This document shows, one piece after another, positions 29,532-39,400 of a stretch of DNA of 64,000 bases. The position numbers were made by a program, and so were the translations under genes. The stretch is taken from positions 6,912,001 through 6,976,000 of the forward strand of contig OZ244561.1 in assembly GCA_965217585.1 (NCBI GenBank), given 5' to 3'. Below the pieces are notes generated by a model. It saw only the letters and a list, made by a program, of their open reading frames with translations, searched no databases and was not told where the DNA came from. The first letter of the stretch is position 1. Each line of letters starts with the position of its first letter. The stretch is from Candidatus Latescibacterota bacterium. Its GTDB lineage: Bacteria; Latescibacterota; UBA2968; UBA8231.

Positions 29532-30557
29532 ATGAAGCGTCTGATCACAGTACTCATTCTAGGGCTAGCCAGCCTCTTGCCCGCCGTGCATCCCGCCATG
29601 GCCCAAGACCCAGAGCGCCCTAAGGTAACGGCCAGTGAGGTGGTGGACCGGGAAACATTGAAGGCTTTTGTAGAAGGAGGAAAAGAATACCTAGAGGGCG
29701 TCAGGACTCTTACCGAAACCGCGAAACTGCGGGACATCTTCAGAGCCGAGGAGGATTGGAAATCCGGCTCCACGTTCCTCGTGATACTAATCAAAAACGG
29801 TGCCGTTCTCCTGCACGGGGGCGATCCCACAATAGACAACGAATACCTGATTGATGTCGAAGACGACAAGGGCAAGAAAGTCGTGCAAGAACTCCTCGCC
29901 GCGGCCGACCGGGGCGGCGACTTTGTCGAATACTATTGGGACGATCCAGCGGTAGAAGGGGACGCCAATCCCAAGGTAAGCTACGCGGTCGGATACACCT
30001 CTGGTTTATCTGGCACGAACCTCGTCTTGGTCGGAGGCTATTATCAGGATGTGTCCAGTGTGGTCACCAAAATCCCGGAGATCGCACGCCCCGAAGTAAC
30101 GGCCAGTGAGGTGGTGGACCGGGAAACCCTGAAGACCTTTGTAGAGGCGGCGGCCCAAACCTATCGGGAGGCTATGCTTGACGACTACAGTCAGCTCACA
30201 CACGTAAAAAACGCATTCAGGCTGGAAGGGAGCGATTGGAAGTCCGGCTCCATCTACATCTTCATCATGAGCAGCGACGGTTTCGTGCTCTTTCACGGAG
30301 CCGATCCATCCCGAGAGGGCAGAATCGCGCTGGACCTCGAAGATAGCTATGGCGTCAAAATCGTAAGACGGCTCATAGATGCAGCCACCGCGGGGGGAGG
30401 CTATGTCGAGTATCACTACAATGATCCGACGGTGGAAGGAGACGAAGCCTTCGGCTCGCCCAAACTGAGCTACGCCGCAGGCTTCCACCTGTCAGACAGT
30501 GACCAACTTTTTATCGTTTGTGCCGGCATTTATCCGGATTTCGCTACGGCCGATTGA
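29532..30557 (+). CDS. Secreted protein with two tandem Cache (sCache_2-like) domains
   Basis: Signal peptide; internal repeat 'VTASEVVDRETLK.FV...WKSGS...GG.VEY...DP.VEGD...PK.SYA'. Confidence 0.8.
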   Translation: MKRLITVLILGLASLLPAVHPAMAQDPERPKVTASEVVDRETLKAFVEGGKEYLEGVRTLTETAKLRDIFRAEEDWKSGSTFLVILIKNGAVLLHGGDPTIDNEYLIDVEDDKGKKVVQELLAAADRGGDFVEYYWDDPAVEGDANPKVSYAVGYTSGLSGTNLVLVGGYYQDVSSVVTKIPEIARPEVTASEVVDRETLKTFVEAAAQTYREAMLDDYSQLTHVKNAFRLEGSDWKSGSIYIFIMSSDGFVLFHGADPSREGRIALDLEDSYGVKIVRRLIDAATAGGGYVEYHYNDPTVEGDEAFGSPKLSYAAGFHLSDSDQLFIVCAGIYPDFATAD

Positions 30558-30649
30558 AGGCCGCTCTTAGGGACAGCTCAAAAGCCGCTTTTAGCTAGTA
30601 GGACACGCATTACAGAACGTACTTAGACACACAGACGAAGGGCAGGGAT

Positions 30650-31758
30650 ATGGTAGAAGGAGCGGCGGGAAAACGAGAAGCCGATGTAGCGAGTAACGGC
30701 CTCCAGATGCCCCCCGAACAGATGCTCGATCTCGCGTGTAAAGCCGCCGAACTGGTGGTGGAGCGGATCGACGGCCTGCCCAGAGCAAATGCTTGGGAAG
30801 GAGAATTTCGGCGCGAGAAGCAGCGGGCCATCCCGAACGGATGACGGTGTACATGAGCGACCAGAGCCATAGCGCACACATCCGTGCGGCCAAGATCATC
30901 GGCGTGCGGCCGGATTGCATACGCCTGCTTCCGAGCGACGGACAGTTCCGCTTGGACATGGAGGCGCTCGTGCGCACCGTGGCTGAAGACCGCGCGGCGG
31001 GGTTCAATCCCATCGCGGTATGCGCCAACGCTGGCGCGAGCAGCACCGGGGCTATCGATCCGATCGGAGCCATGGCCGACTACTGCGAGGCGGAAGGCAT
31101 CTGGCTGCACGTCGATGCAGCGTACGGCGGCTTTGCGGTCGTGACCGATCGGGGCAAAAAGCTACTGCGCGGGATTGAGCGCGCCGATTCGATTGGACTG
31201 GATGCGCACAAATGGTTCTTCCAGCCTTATGAGGCCGGCTGCCTACTGGTGAAGGACCTGAGCACGCTTGAGAACGCTTTCGGCGTTCACCACGACATTC
31301 TCCAAGACACGATATGGGGCGCGAACCACCCGAACCTTTCGGATCGCGGCCTACAACTGAGCCGCTCGGTGCGGGCGTTGAAGATCTGGATGTCGGTCCA
31401 GACTTTTGGAATGGCTGCGTTCCGGCAGGCCGTGTCAAAGGGAATGGAACTGGCCGACCGGGCCGAGGAATACGTCCAAGCGAGCCAAACCCTAGAGATG
31501 TTGACCCCCGCGTCGCTGAGCATCGTGTGCTTCCGGGTCAACCCCGCCGACGCGGACCTCGACGAGGAAGCCCTCGAAGAAGTCAACAGGACAGTGCTCG
31601 CCCACGTCTTTTGGGACGACGACGCCTTCGTATCATCAACCCTTCTGCATGGAAAGTTTTCGCTGCGGATGTGCATCGTCAATCACACTACGACTTGGGA
31701 CGATGTGCGCGAGACCTTGGAAGCTATCGAGCGGTTCGGGCGGGAGGCGTTAGCTTAG
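30650..31758 (+). pseudogene. Group II PLP-dependent (aromatic amino acid-like) decarboxylase with internal deletion and frameshift
   Basis: N-terminal piece 30650-~30812 joined out of frame to the C-terminal part (SDQSHS, TGAIDP, HVDAAYGG, DAHKW); the region carrying the GGS.AN motif is missing. Confidence 0.8.
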
Positions 31759-31815
31759 GAAGCCGTTTGAAAATTCGTAGTGCCGAGCAACCGCCGGAGA
31801 TTTTCAGACGGCTTC
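31759..31815. repeat. 16-bp inverted repeat (terminator or IS-end/MITE relic)
   Basis: GAAGCCGTTTGAAAAT (31759-31774) and ATTTTCAGACGGCTTC (31800-31815), directly after the decarboxylase stop. Confidence 0.65.
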
Positions 31816-31862
31816 TCCATTCGCTGCGCCGCAAACGCTAGACGACAATAAGAGGAGATTCC

Positions 31863-33245
31863 ATGCCACCGCTTTCCACCCGCGTCACCGCCACGCTAGC
31901 CAATGCGTTGGAACGGCGCAGCATCACCTTCGAGTACCAACAAACGCCCATCTACCATAAGCCCGTTACCATCGAAGCTCCGCTCGACGAAAAGGGCGGC
32001 CTCGCGGTGGAACTGCCGTTTACTGAAGCGCAAATGGTTTCGATCGAACTCGACGATGAGGTCAAGCTCTTCGTGGAACCGGGCGATCAGTTGCACCTTG
32101 ACGCCGACTTGCTCGACTTGCCCCGGTCCCTCCGCTTTTCCGGCCAAGGCGCGGCCAACAACCAATTCCTCGCCGCCCTGCGGTCTCGCTTCCCCGATTA
32201 CCTGCGCATCGACTACAAAGACTTGGCGGTTGACGCGCATCGCCAAATGATTGACCAGCGGCGTTCAGAATTGGAGTCCTTTTTGGATGAAGGCTGCAGC
32301 CAATACCAACTCACCCCGGGTTTTATCGCCTACTACCGCGCTAAAATCACCTATGAATGGGCCGAACAAATGGTCTCTTATCGGATCGGTTACTATATGC
32401 AAAACGGACGGGAGCACCCGGTCCTCCCCGCGGACTATTACGACGTCCTCGATCAAGTCGAACTCGTTGACGAGTCGGCTATTGGCATCACCCATTACCA
32501 AAACTTTCTGGAGTACAATTTCGATCGTCTAGAAGACGAAGCCTATGAGCGCACCCAACGCGAGCAACTATCCGAGGAGCAGTCCCGAGACCTGCTTGAA
32601 ACCTACACCCGCTACAATCAGGCCCGGCGAGCCTTGCACGGCAAAGTCCTGTACTTCTTGCTCGCCGGGGAAATCGTCAGTGACTTCCAATGGGGCTATT
32701 TTGACCAAGGCGAACAACGCCTAGCCGAATTCCTCCAAGACAACCCCTATCCCGAATATACCGAGGTCGTCGAGGAGGTCGTGCGGGAAGCATCCAAACT
32801 CAAACCCGGTCAGCCCGCCCCCGACTTCACCCTCGACGACCTCCAAGGCCAAGGCGTCTCCCTGAGCGATTTCAGAGGCCAAGCGGTTTTCCTAGACTTT
32901 TGGGCGAGTTGGTGCGGCCCCTGCATCGAAGATTTGCCCCATCTGGCAAAGATCAAACAGCAGACCCAAAACCAGAAAATCGTCTTCCTGAGTATATCCT
33001 TGGACGCCAGCGTCGAGCAGTGGCACCAAGCGGTGGAAGCGCACACACTGACCGACGTCCACGTCCACGCCCCGGGCGGCTGGGAAGCAGTGGTGGCTCA
33101 ATTGTACCAGGTCCGGGGCATACCCTCCTATTTCTTGGTGGGTCCAGACGGCCGGATGGATGGCCGTATTGATGATATCGACGATGTCGCAGACGTGGGC
33201 TCCCGTATCGAGGAGGTACTATCGTTAAAAGGAACAGACGACTGA
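31863..33245 (+). CDS. TlpA/ResA-like redoxin with long N-terminal domain, paralog 1
   Basis: APDFTL, DFWASWCGPC, FLSISLD, YQVRGIPSYFL. Confidence 0.9.
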   Translation: MPPLSTRVTATLANALERRSITFEYQQTPIYHKPVTIEAPLDEKGGLAVELPFTEAQMVSIELDDEVKLFVEPGDQLHLDADLLDLPRSLRFSGQGAANNQFLAALRSRFPDYLRIDYKDLAVDAHRQMIDQRRSELESFLDEGCSQYQLTPGFIAYYRAKITYEWAEQMVSYRIGYYMQNGREHPVLPADYYDVLDQVELVDESAIGITHYQNFLEYNFDRLEDEAYERTQREQLSEEQSRDLLETYTRYNQARRALHGKVLYFLLAGEIVSDFQWGYFDQGEQRLAEFLQDNPYPEYTEVVEEVVREASKLKPGQPAPDFTLDDLQGQGVSLSDFRGQAVFLDFWASWCGPCIEDLPHLAKIKQQTQNQKIVFLSISLDASVEQWHQAVEAHTLTDVHVHAPGGWEAVVAQLYQVRGIPSYFLVGPDGRMDGRIDDIDDVADVGSRIEEVLSLKGTDD

Positions 33246-33354
33246 GGATGTTCATCTGGAGATAGCTAGTCGCTTGGGGGACTTCTGGGGAGCGCAACGT
33301 TTACAGGGGCCGCTCGGCCGCTACATTCTGGACGACAATGAGAGGAGATTTCCC

Positions 33355-34779
33355 ATGGCCCCGCTTTCCACCCGCGTCACCGCCACGCTAGCCAATGCGT
33401 TGGAACGGCGCAGCATCACCTTCGAGTACCAGCAAACGCCCATCTACCATACGCCCATCGCCATCGAAGTCCCCCTCGACGAAAAGGGCTGCCTCGCGGT
33501 AGAACTGCCGTTTACTGAAGCGCAAATGGTTTCAGTCGATCTCGACGATGAGGTCAAGCTCTTCGTGGAACCGGGCGACCAGTTGCACATTGACGCGGAT
33601 TTGCTCGACCTGCCTCAGTCCCTCCGCTTTTCCGGCCAAGGCGCGGCCAACAACCAGTTCCTCGCCGCCCTGCGGTCTCGCTTCCCCGATTACCTGCGCA
33701 TAGACTACGAAGACTTGGAGGTCGATGCCTTTCGCAAAATGATCGACCAGCGGCGCTTGAAAATGACTCGCTTTTTGGACGAAGGTTGCAGCCAGTACCA
33801 ACTCACCCCGGGCTTTATCGCCTACTACCGCGCTGAAATCACCTATGAATGGGCCAACGAGATAGTCTCTTATCCGCGCAATTACGAGCGGCAAAACGGA
33901 CGGGAGAATGAAGCCCTCCTCAAGGACTATTACGACATCCTCGATCAAGTTGAACTGGTTGATGAAGCGGCTATCGGCACCACCCATTACCGCAGATTTC
34001 TAGAACGCAATTTTCAGCGCCATTTTTTTCGCCTATGGGAAGAAAGGTGGAATCAGTCCAACATTGAGCAGATGCCCGCTGAGGAACCCAAGGCCTTTGC
34101 AGAAACCTACTCCGACTACAATCAGGCCAAGCGGCTCTTGCATGGCAAAGTTCTGTACTTCTTTCTCGCCGGGGAAATCATTTATGATTTGCAGGAGGGC
34201 CATTTTGACCAAGGCGAACAACGCCTGACCGAATTCCTCCGAGACAACCCCTATCCCGCATACACCGAGGCCGTCGAGGAGGTCATGCGAGAAACCGCCA
34301 AGCTCAAACCCGGCCAGCCAGCCCCCGACTTCACCCTCGACGATCTCCAGGGCCAAAGCGTCTCCCTGAGCGATTTCAAAGGTCAGGCGGTTTTCTTAGA
34401 CTTTTGGGCGAGTTGGTGCGGTCCATGCATCGGGGCAGTACCCCATCTGGAAGAGCTTAAACAGCGGACCCGAGATCAGAAGGTGGTCTTTTTGAACATC
34501 TCTTTGGACTCCGCCGATGAGTGGCACCAAGCGGTCGATGAGCACGGCTTGACCGGCGTCCACGTCCACGCCCCAGGCGGCTGGCGGGCGGCGGTGGCTC
34601 AGTTGTACCAGGTCCGGGGCATACCCTCCTATTTCCTAGTGGGTCCAGACGGCCGGATGGACGGCCGCGTCGACGATGTCTCCAATGTCGAGGAGGTGAT
34701 CAGCCGCATTGAGGAAGTGGCGGCTGGGAAGGTGCCGTCGTCGAAAAGCGGACAATCGGGGATAATTATCACGGGGTAG
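33355..34779 (+). CDS. TlpA/ResA-like redoxin, paralog 2 (tandem duplicate)
   Basis: Near-identical N-terminus to 31863 and the same WCGPC domain; AGAGGAG RBS before ATG 33355. Confidence 0.9.
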   Translation: MAPLSTRVTATLANALERRSITFEYQQTPIYHTPIAIEVPLDEKGCLAVELPFTEAQMVSVDLDDEVKLFVEPGDQLHIDADLLDLPQSLRFSGQGAANNQFLAALRSRFPDYLRIDYEDLEVDAFRKMIDQRRLKMTRFLDEGCSQYQLTPGFIAYYRAEITYEWANEIVSYPRNYERQNGRENEALLKDYYDILDQVELVDEAAIGTTHYRRFLERNFQRHFFRLWEERWNQSNIEQMPAEEPKAFAETYSDYNQAKRLLHGKVLYFFLAGEIIYDLQEGHFDQGEQRLTEFLRDNPYPAYTEAVEEVMRETAKLKPGQPAPDFTLDDLQGQSVSLSDFKGQAVFLDFWASWCGPCIGAVPHLEELKQRTRDQKVVFLNISLDSADEWHQAVDEHGLTGVHVHAPGGWRAAVAQLYQVRGIPSYFLVGPDGRMDGRVDDVSNVEEVISRIEEVAAGKVPSSKSGQSGIIITG

Positions 34780-34893
34780 CCGCATCGGGGGAACACGCGC
34801 TTTTGTCGGCGGGCTTGTCTGATAGATTTTTTGCAGGGTCGGGCGTATCTTATTCCATGTCGTTCATACTTAATCGAAAGAAAGGAGATCGTC

Positions 34894-35463
34894 ATGAAGC
34901 GTCTGACAGTAGTACTCATGCTGGCGCTGGCCACCCTCTTGCCCGCCGTGCATCCCGCCGTGGCCCAAGACCCCGAGGTAACAGCCGGTGATGTAGTGGA
35001 CCGGGAAACCCTGAAGGCCTTTGTACTCGCGGCAAAGGAATACGCGAATAAAGCTACGACCCTTCCCCAGTACATAGCTCTCTTGGGGGAATTCAGTGCC
35101 GAAGGTACTTGGAAGCAGGGCTCCATCTACCTCTTTGTTATTGCCCTTAATGGCACCTACGTCTTGCACGGAGGAAATCCAGATCTCGAGGGCAAAAACT
35201 TGATTGATCTCGAAGACTCTAACGGATTCAAAATCACACAGGGGCTCATCGCAGCGGCGGCTGAGGGAGGCGGCTACGTCGAGTATCTTTGGGACAATCC
35301 AGCGGTAGCAGGGGACGAAGAAACCGGCTCGCCTAAAGTGAGCTACGCCATCCCCTATAGCGCTCTCGGCCAAGATTTCCTCTTGGGATCTGGCTTTTAT
35401 CCGGAACCCGCTTCTACAGCAGTTGCAGGACAGTCCTGGGGACAGCTCAAAAGTCGCTTTTAG
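34894..35463 (+). CDS. Secreted single-Cache-domain protein with C-terminal 'SWGQLKSRF' tail
   Basis: Signal peptide similar to that of 29532; one Cache repeat; AAAGGAG RBS. Confidence 0.8.
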   Translation: MKRLTVVLMLALATLLPAVHPAVAQDPEVTAGDVVDRETLKAFVLAAKEYANKATTLPQYIALLGEFSAEGTWKQGSIYLFVIALNGTYVLHGGNPDLEGKNLIDLEDSNGFKITQGLIAAAAEGGGYVEYLWDNPAVAGDEETGSPKVSYAIPYSALGQDFLLGSGFYPEPASTAVAGQSWGQLKSRF

Positions 35464-35509
35464 CCGCGATCGCGGCACCAAAAGCACCTCGACGCAGAAC
35501 GATAAGAAA

Positions 35510-35555
35510 CGGGGGCCATCCGATGAGGCTTGCAATAGCCTGCGGATGGCCCCCG
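35510..35555. terminator. Strong hairpin between convergent genes
   Basis: CGGGGGCCATCCG (35510-35522) and CGGATGGCCCCCG (35543-35555) form a perfect 13-bp stem, with an inner AGGCT/AGCCT stem. Confidence 0.75.
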
Positions 35556-35599
35556 AATATTTGTTGTGAGGTGGTGCCCCTCAGACTCCTGAACGGCAT

Positions 35600-37567
35600 T
35601 TAATAGTAAACCAGAATATTGCCCTGCATGCCGGTGATGCCATCAATCGCAAACCACAGCCCACCCGCGGTTACATTGCCCAAGATCAACCCTAGGAAAA
35701 ACGGCTGGAGCCGCTGGTACAGACTCGGCCCCCCGTACTTCAACACCAAATTCTTGAGTGCCCACACCAAGAAAATACTCAACCAGATCTGGCTGGCCAC
35801 GGCCGTCGTGGCAATGGGCAAGCCGACCGGGTGCAGCGGCCACCACAACAGGAAGTGCCGCGCCACCATTAGCGCCACCATGACTATCGCGCCCACCAGT
35901 ATGTAAAACCACCCTTCCCAGTTCACGGCCGTCGGATTGTCGATCCAGCCGGCCACGTCCCCGAAGGGATTTTGGGCCCGCACGAAAAAGTACTGGTTGA
36001 GGTTGATACCGCCGTAGGTGTAGGCTTGGTGCAATAAAAACCAGTTCGATGCCAGCAGACTGACCACCAACGCCAGCGCCAAAGCCCAAAATAGCCGACG
36101 CCGATCCACTCCCCCACCGTGGATCTCCCCGTCGATCTTCAGCGCATTGGCGCACGCGGCCATGGCGAATATGCGCACCTTCAAAATCCAGCCGTACGTC
36201 ATTCCCAAGGCAACTAAACCCTCCGACCCAATCGCCGTGGTCCCCACAGTTGAAGTCATGAGCGGCTGGGGATAAATGGGGGCGCGAATGGTTGCTAAAC
36301 CGGCTTCGGCGACAAAGCGGGTCAATCCCACAAAGAGCACGAAGGCCACGAACAAGAACCAAAATACCAGCCAGCCCGGCAGCCCAGATCGCTCGAGCCA
36401 CACGCCCAGCACTACCATACCGAACAGAATGCCGAACACGGCCGTGCGATACGAGAGCATCTCCATGGAGTCGTCCACAGTTGGATCGCCCCGAAAGGCC
36501 TTGCGACACACGGCCTGCAAATGGTCTCGGGCCACCCACAGGCTGAAGAGCACAAAGGCGATCAGCGCCCCCATGCCCTCGTGCGCCGGGATCGCGCTCG
36601 AGGTGCTATAGCCGGTCAGTCGCTCGGTCATAGCAATCCCCAGAATCCCCAAAACGCCCTGCTGCACCGTCAGCAGCAAAAAGAAGACCCAGATCCCTAA
36701 GAGTACCTGTAAATTGACGAAATAGGCGAAGCCCAGGCTCATAAAACTGAGACCGATGGGTAAGACTAAGGTATTGCGAAAGAGAGGCAGACTGGTCTCC
36801 AAGGCGATTGAGGGAATGTAATTGTAGTAGCTGTGCAGGGCGTTCAGACTCAAAACGACGAACGGCAGCGAAAAACCCAGCCACATCAGCGGACGCCGGA
36901 AAAAAGGCCCAAAAAATCTTTTATCCTCCCCCTCCGCAAGCATCTCCAACGGCAGTTTCACCAGCGGATAGACCAAGCGTTCGTGCTCGACCCACTGCCG
37001 GCGCAACACCACCATCATGCATAGCATCACAAAACACAGCACCAAAAAGAAAAACCCCCAATAACTTAGCGGTTGTATCCATACCCCCCAGGGAATGGGC
37101 TCGCCCAGCGGCAGGCCCTCAAAAAAATGGCGCACGGCCTCCTCGTCCTGGGGCGCGATCCACTCTTTGAGATGCGGATGGATCAACTCGGCCCACTCGT
37201 TCTCCGGCGTGGCGTAGTACAGCACGCTGGCGATCTTGGGGACCATGTGCTCGACGTATCCTTCCGTCGGCACGGTGGCCGCCATCATCGTCATGATGAA
37301 TACCACCCCTAGCTCCGCTCGGCTTAAACCCAGCCGGTGGTAAAGTCGGGACAGCAAGGGGTGGAGGAAGGCTGCAAAGAGGAAAAAGACGAACAAGGCA
37401 ATGGGTGCACTAATGTTGAGAGCCATCCACGAGGCGTTGATGAAAGTACTGTACAAGGCCCCCAAGCTGGTGGTCAGCGACAATGCGCACCCCCAAATCA
37501 CAGCCTTGGCCGTCAGACCCGAGGATTGAGGCTCTGTCCGCATGGCTCCTTGGGCCGCTGTATTCAA
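35600..37567 (-). CDS. Polytopic membrane protein, DUF6785/DUF6784-type (putative transporter)
   Basis: YYATPENEW, RRQW..HERL.YPL, RFVAEAG, WWPLHPVG, KYGG..Y....PFFLGL. Start could be TTG 37567 or ATG 37543. Confidence 0.75.
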   Translation of the reverse strand: MNTAAQGAMRTEPQSSGLTAKAVIWGCALSLTTSLGALYSTFINASWMALNISAPIALFVFFLFAAFLHPLLSRLYHRLGLSRAELGVVFIMTMMAATVPTEGYVEHMVPKIASVLYYATPENEWAELIHPHLKEWIAPQDEEAVRHFFEGLPLGEPIPWGVWIQPLSYWGFFFLVLCFVMLCMMVVLRRQWVEHERLVYPLVKLPLEMLAEGEDKRFFGPFFRRPLMWLGFSLPFVVLSLNALHSYYNYIPSIALETSLPLFRNTLVLPIGLSFMSLGFAYFVNLQVLLGIWVFFLLLTVQQGVLGILGIAMTERLTGYSTSSAIPAHEGMGALIAFVLFSLWVARDHLQAVCRKAFRGDPTVDDSMEMLSYRTAVFGILFGMVVLGVWLERSGLPGWLVFWFLFVAFVLFVGLTRFVAEAGLATIRAPIYPQPLMTSTVGTTAIGSEGLVALGMTYGWILKVRIFAMAACANALKIDGEIHGGGVDRRRLFWALALALVVSLLASNWFLLHQAYTYGGINLNQYFFVRAQNPFGDVAGWIDNPTAVNWEGWFYILVGAIVMVALMVARHFLLWWPLHPVGLPIATTAVASQIWLSIFLVWALKNLVLKYGGPSLYQRLQPFFLGLILGNVTAGGLWFAIDGITGMQGNILVYY

Positions 37568-39390
37568 CGTTCCCGCCTCTCTTTGATCGACAGAATCTGG
37601 TTGACGGGGATATCCTCGACGCGCTGGACCATTCCACTGGTCCAGCGCACTTCGACCAAATCGACGCGCTTCTTGGTGCCCAGCCCGAAGTGCAGTCGCG
37701 GATCGCTGATCGACAAATAGCTGGAGCCGCTGCGCACCTGCCGCACCTGGACCAGATCGCCGGCGACCACTTTCACCTCGGCACCCACGCCGTCCCGATT
37801 GCTCTGGGTGCCCTCGGTCCGCACCATCAACCAGTTGTGCGCGTTGCCTCCCTCATTGCGAACCAGTTTGGCCGCACCGCCGCCATTGGTCGCCAAGATA
37901 TCGATATCCCCATCCCCGTCGTAGTCGCCAAAGGCCGTGCCCCGACCGACCTGTGCGACGGCGAACCAAGCGCCCGAGTTGGTGTCCGCCAAGGCGAAGC
38001 GGCCCGTTCCATCGTTGCAAAAAAGCTGGTGCTCTTGGGCGTATTCCACGCCGGACTGGAACAGGGCGATTTTGTCGAGGACATGGCCATTGGCCACGTA
38101 CAGGTCGAGGTCGCCATCGTTGTCGTAGTCGAGGAAATTCGTGCCAAATCCCAAAAAACGCCAACTCGGCCGCCCTAGGCCGACGGCGTCTGTTACATCT
38201 TTGAAACGCCCGCCATCGTTGCGGTAGAGCGTGTTGGTCTCGTGGGAGAAGTTGGTGACAAAGAGATCAAAGTCTCCGTCGTTGTCGTAGTCGCCAAAGT
38301 CCACCCCCATGCAGGCTTCGTCGTCGCCGTCGGCGTTAAAGGCCGCGCCCACCTGCAGCGCGACGTCGGTAAAGGTGCCGTTGCCGTCGTTGCGATACAG
38401 ATAGTTCTCCATACCGTCGTTGGCGACAAATACGTCCTGGTCGCCATCGCCGTCAAAGTCCCAGGCCACCACGCCCAGACCCTTGCCAGCCAAATCCGCA
38501 ATGCCGGTTGCGGCGGATGCGTCGGTAAAGGTGCCGTCGCCGTCGTTGCGGTACAGCGCGTCGGGTACGCCTCCATAGTCGGAAGGCGCGCAATAAGACC
38601 GGGTGCGCTCGGTAATGGCCAACAGCCCCAAAGGAGTAGTGCCCACAAAACCGCCGCACACTTTGTTGGTGGCGAACGTGAAATCGACGTTGTTGACCAC
38701 GTACAGGTCGAGGTGTCCGTCGCCGTCGTAGTCGAAAAAGGCCGCGCTCGAACTCCACTGCGGGGCCGCTACCTCGGCCCGATCCGTCACATTGGTGAAG
38801 GTGCCGTCGCCATCGTTGCGGTACAGGACATTGCGGCCGTAGTTGGTCACGTATAAATCCTGATCGCCGTCGTTGTCGTAGTCGGCTGCCGCGCAGCCCA
38901 TGCCATAGCCCGTATCATCGACCCCGGATTCCCGGCTGATGTCGGAGAACGAGCCGTCGCCATTGTTGCGGTACAATACATTGGCGGCGCGTCGGTCGCT
39001 GGCCTCGGCTAGGATTGAGAAGTCGATGTCGACGGCTCCCGGCTCCGCAGACCTCACTTGGTCCGGCCGCTCAACCCAATAGGTCCCTCCCCGCCGGTGG
39101 TCGAGATTGACGGGCGTAGCTTGGATGCCGCCCAGATCAAAGCCATTGACGAGGTAGATGTCCAAATCGCCGTCGCCATCGCTGTCGAAGAATCCTCCGC
39201 CAGCACCGTACGTCTCTATCAAGAAATATGCCCCTGAGGCACCGTCGACGTGGACAAAGTCGATCCCGGCCTGGGCCGTGACATCCCTAAAGCGCACGGG
39301 CGGCGGGGCTGTATCGCACCCTATGTACAGGCAAAGACCGACTAAAAGCGGTTTCATAATAGGCCTTGTGGTCGCCGCGTTTCCGCTCAT
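37564..39390 (-). CDS. CRTAC1/ASPIC-UnbV family FG-GAP repeat protein
   Basis: Many DYDNDGDxDLYV and LYRNDGDGTFTD repeats; C-terminal SNRDGVGA...GSSYLS..D.RLHFGLG. Confidence 0.92.
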   Translation of the reverse strand: MSGNAATTRPIMKPLLVGLCLYIGCDTAPPPVRFRDVTAQAGIDFVHVDGASGAYFLIETYGAGGGFFDSDGDGDLDIYLVNGFDLGGIQATPVNLDHRRGGTYWVERPDQVRSAEPGAVDIDFSILAEASDRRAANVLYRNNGDGSFSDISRESGVDDTGYGMGCAAADYDNDGDQDLYVTNYGRNVLYRNDGDGTFTNVTDRAEVAAPQWSSSAAFFDYDGDGHLDLYVVNNVDFTFATNKVCGGFVGTTPLGLLAITERTRSYCAPSDYGGVPDALYRNDGDGTFTDASAATGIADLAGKGLGVVAWDFDGDGDQDVFVANDGMENYLYRNDGNGTFTDVALQVGAAFNADGDDEACMGVDFGDYDNDGDFDLFVTNFSHETNTLYRNDGGRFKDVTDAVGLGRPSWRFLGFGTNFLDYDNDGDLDLYVANGHVLDKIALFQSGVEYAQEHQLFCNDGTGRFALADTNSGAWFAVAQVGRGTAFGDYDGDGDIDILATNGGGAAKLVRNEGGNAHNWLMVRTEGTQSNRDGVGAEVKVVAGDLVQVRQVRSGSSYLSISDPRLHFGLGTKKRVDLVEVRWTSGMVQRVEDIPVNQILSIKERRER

Positions 39391-39400
39391 CGCCCGGACA

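Noticed and set aside
30568-30570. TAG read-through or recoding to restore the WGQLK tail
   Set aside because: The tail is also out of frame, and many genes here end normally in TAG (e.g. 5231, 5724, 11185).
31803-31812. TTCAGACGGC, the reverse complement of the Neisseria DNA uptake sequence
   Set aside because: Noticed only in this one hairpin arm; no sign of the high density that uptake sequences show.
37900-39200. Recurrent GACTACGACAACGACGGC-like DNA repeats as a CRISPR or tandem array
   Set aside because: They encode FG-GAP protein repeats with irregular spacing inside CDSs.
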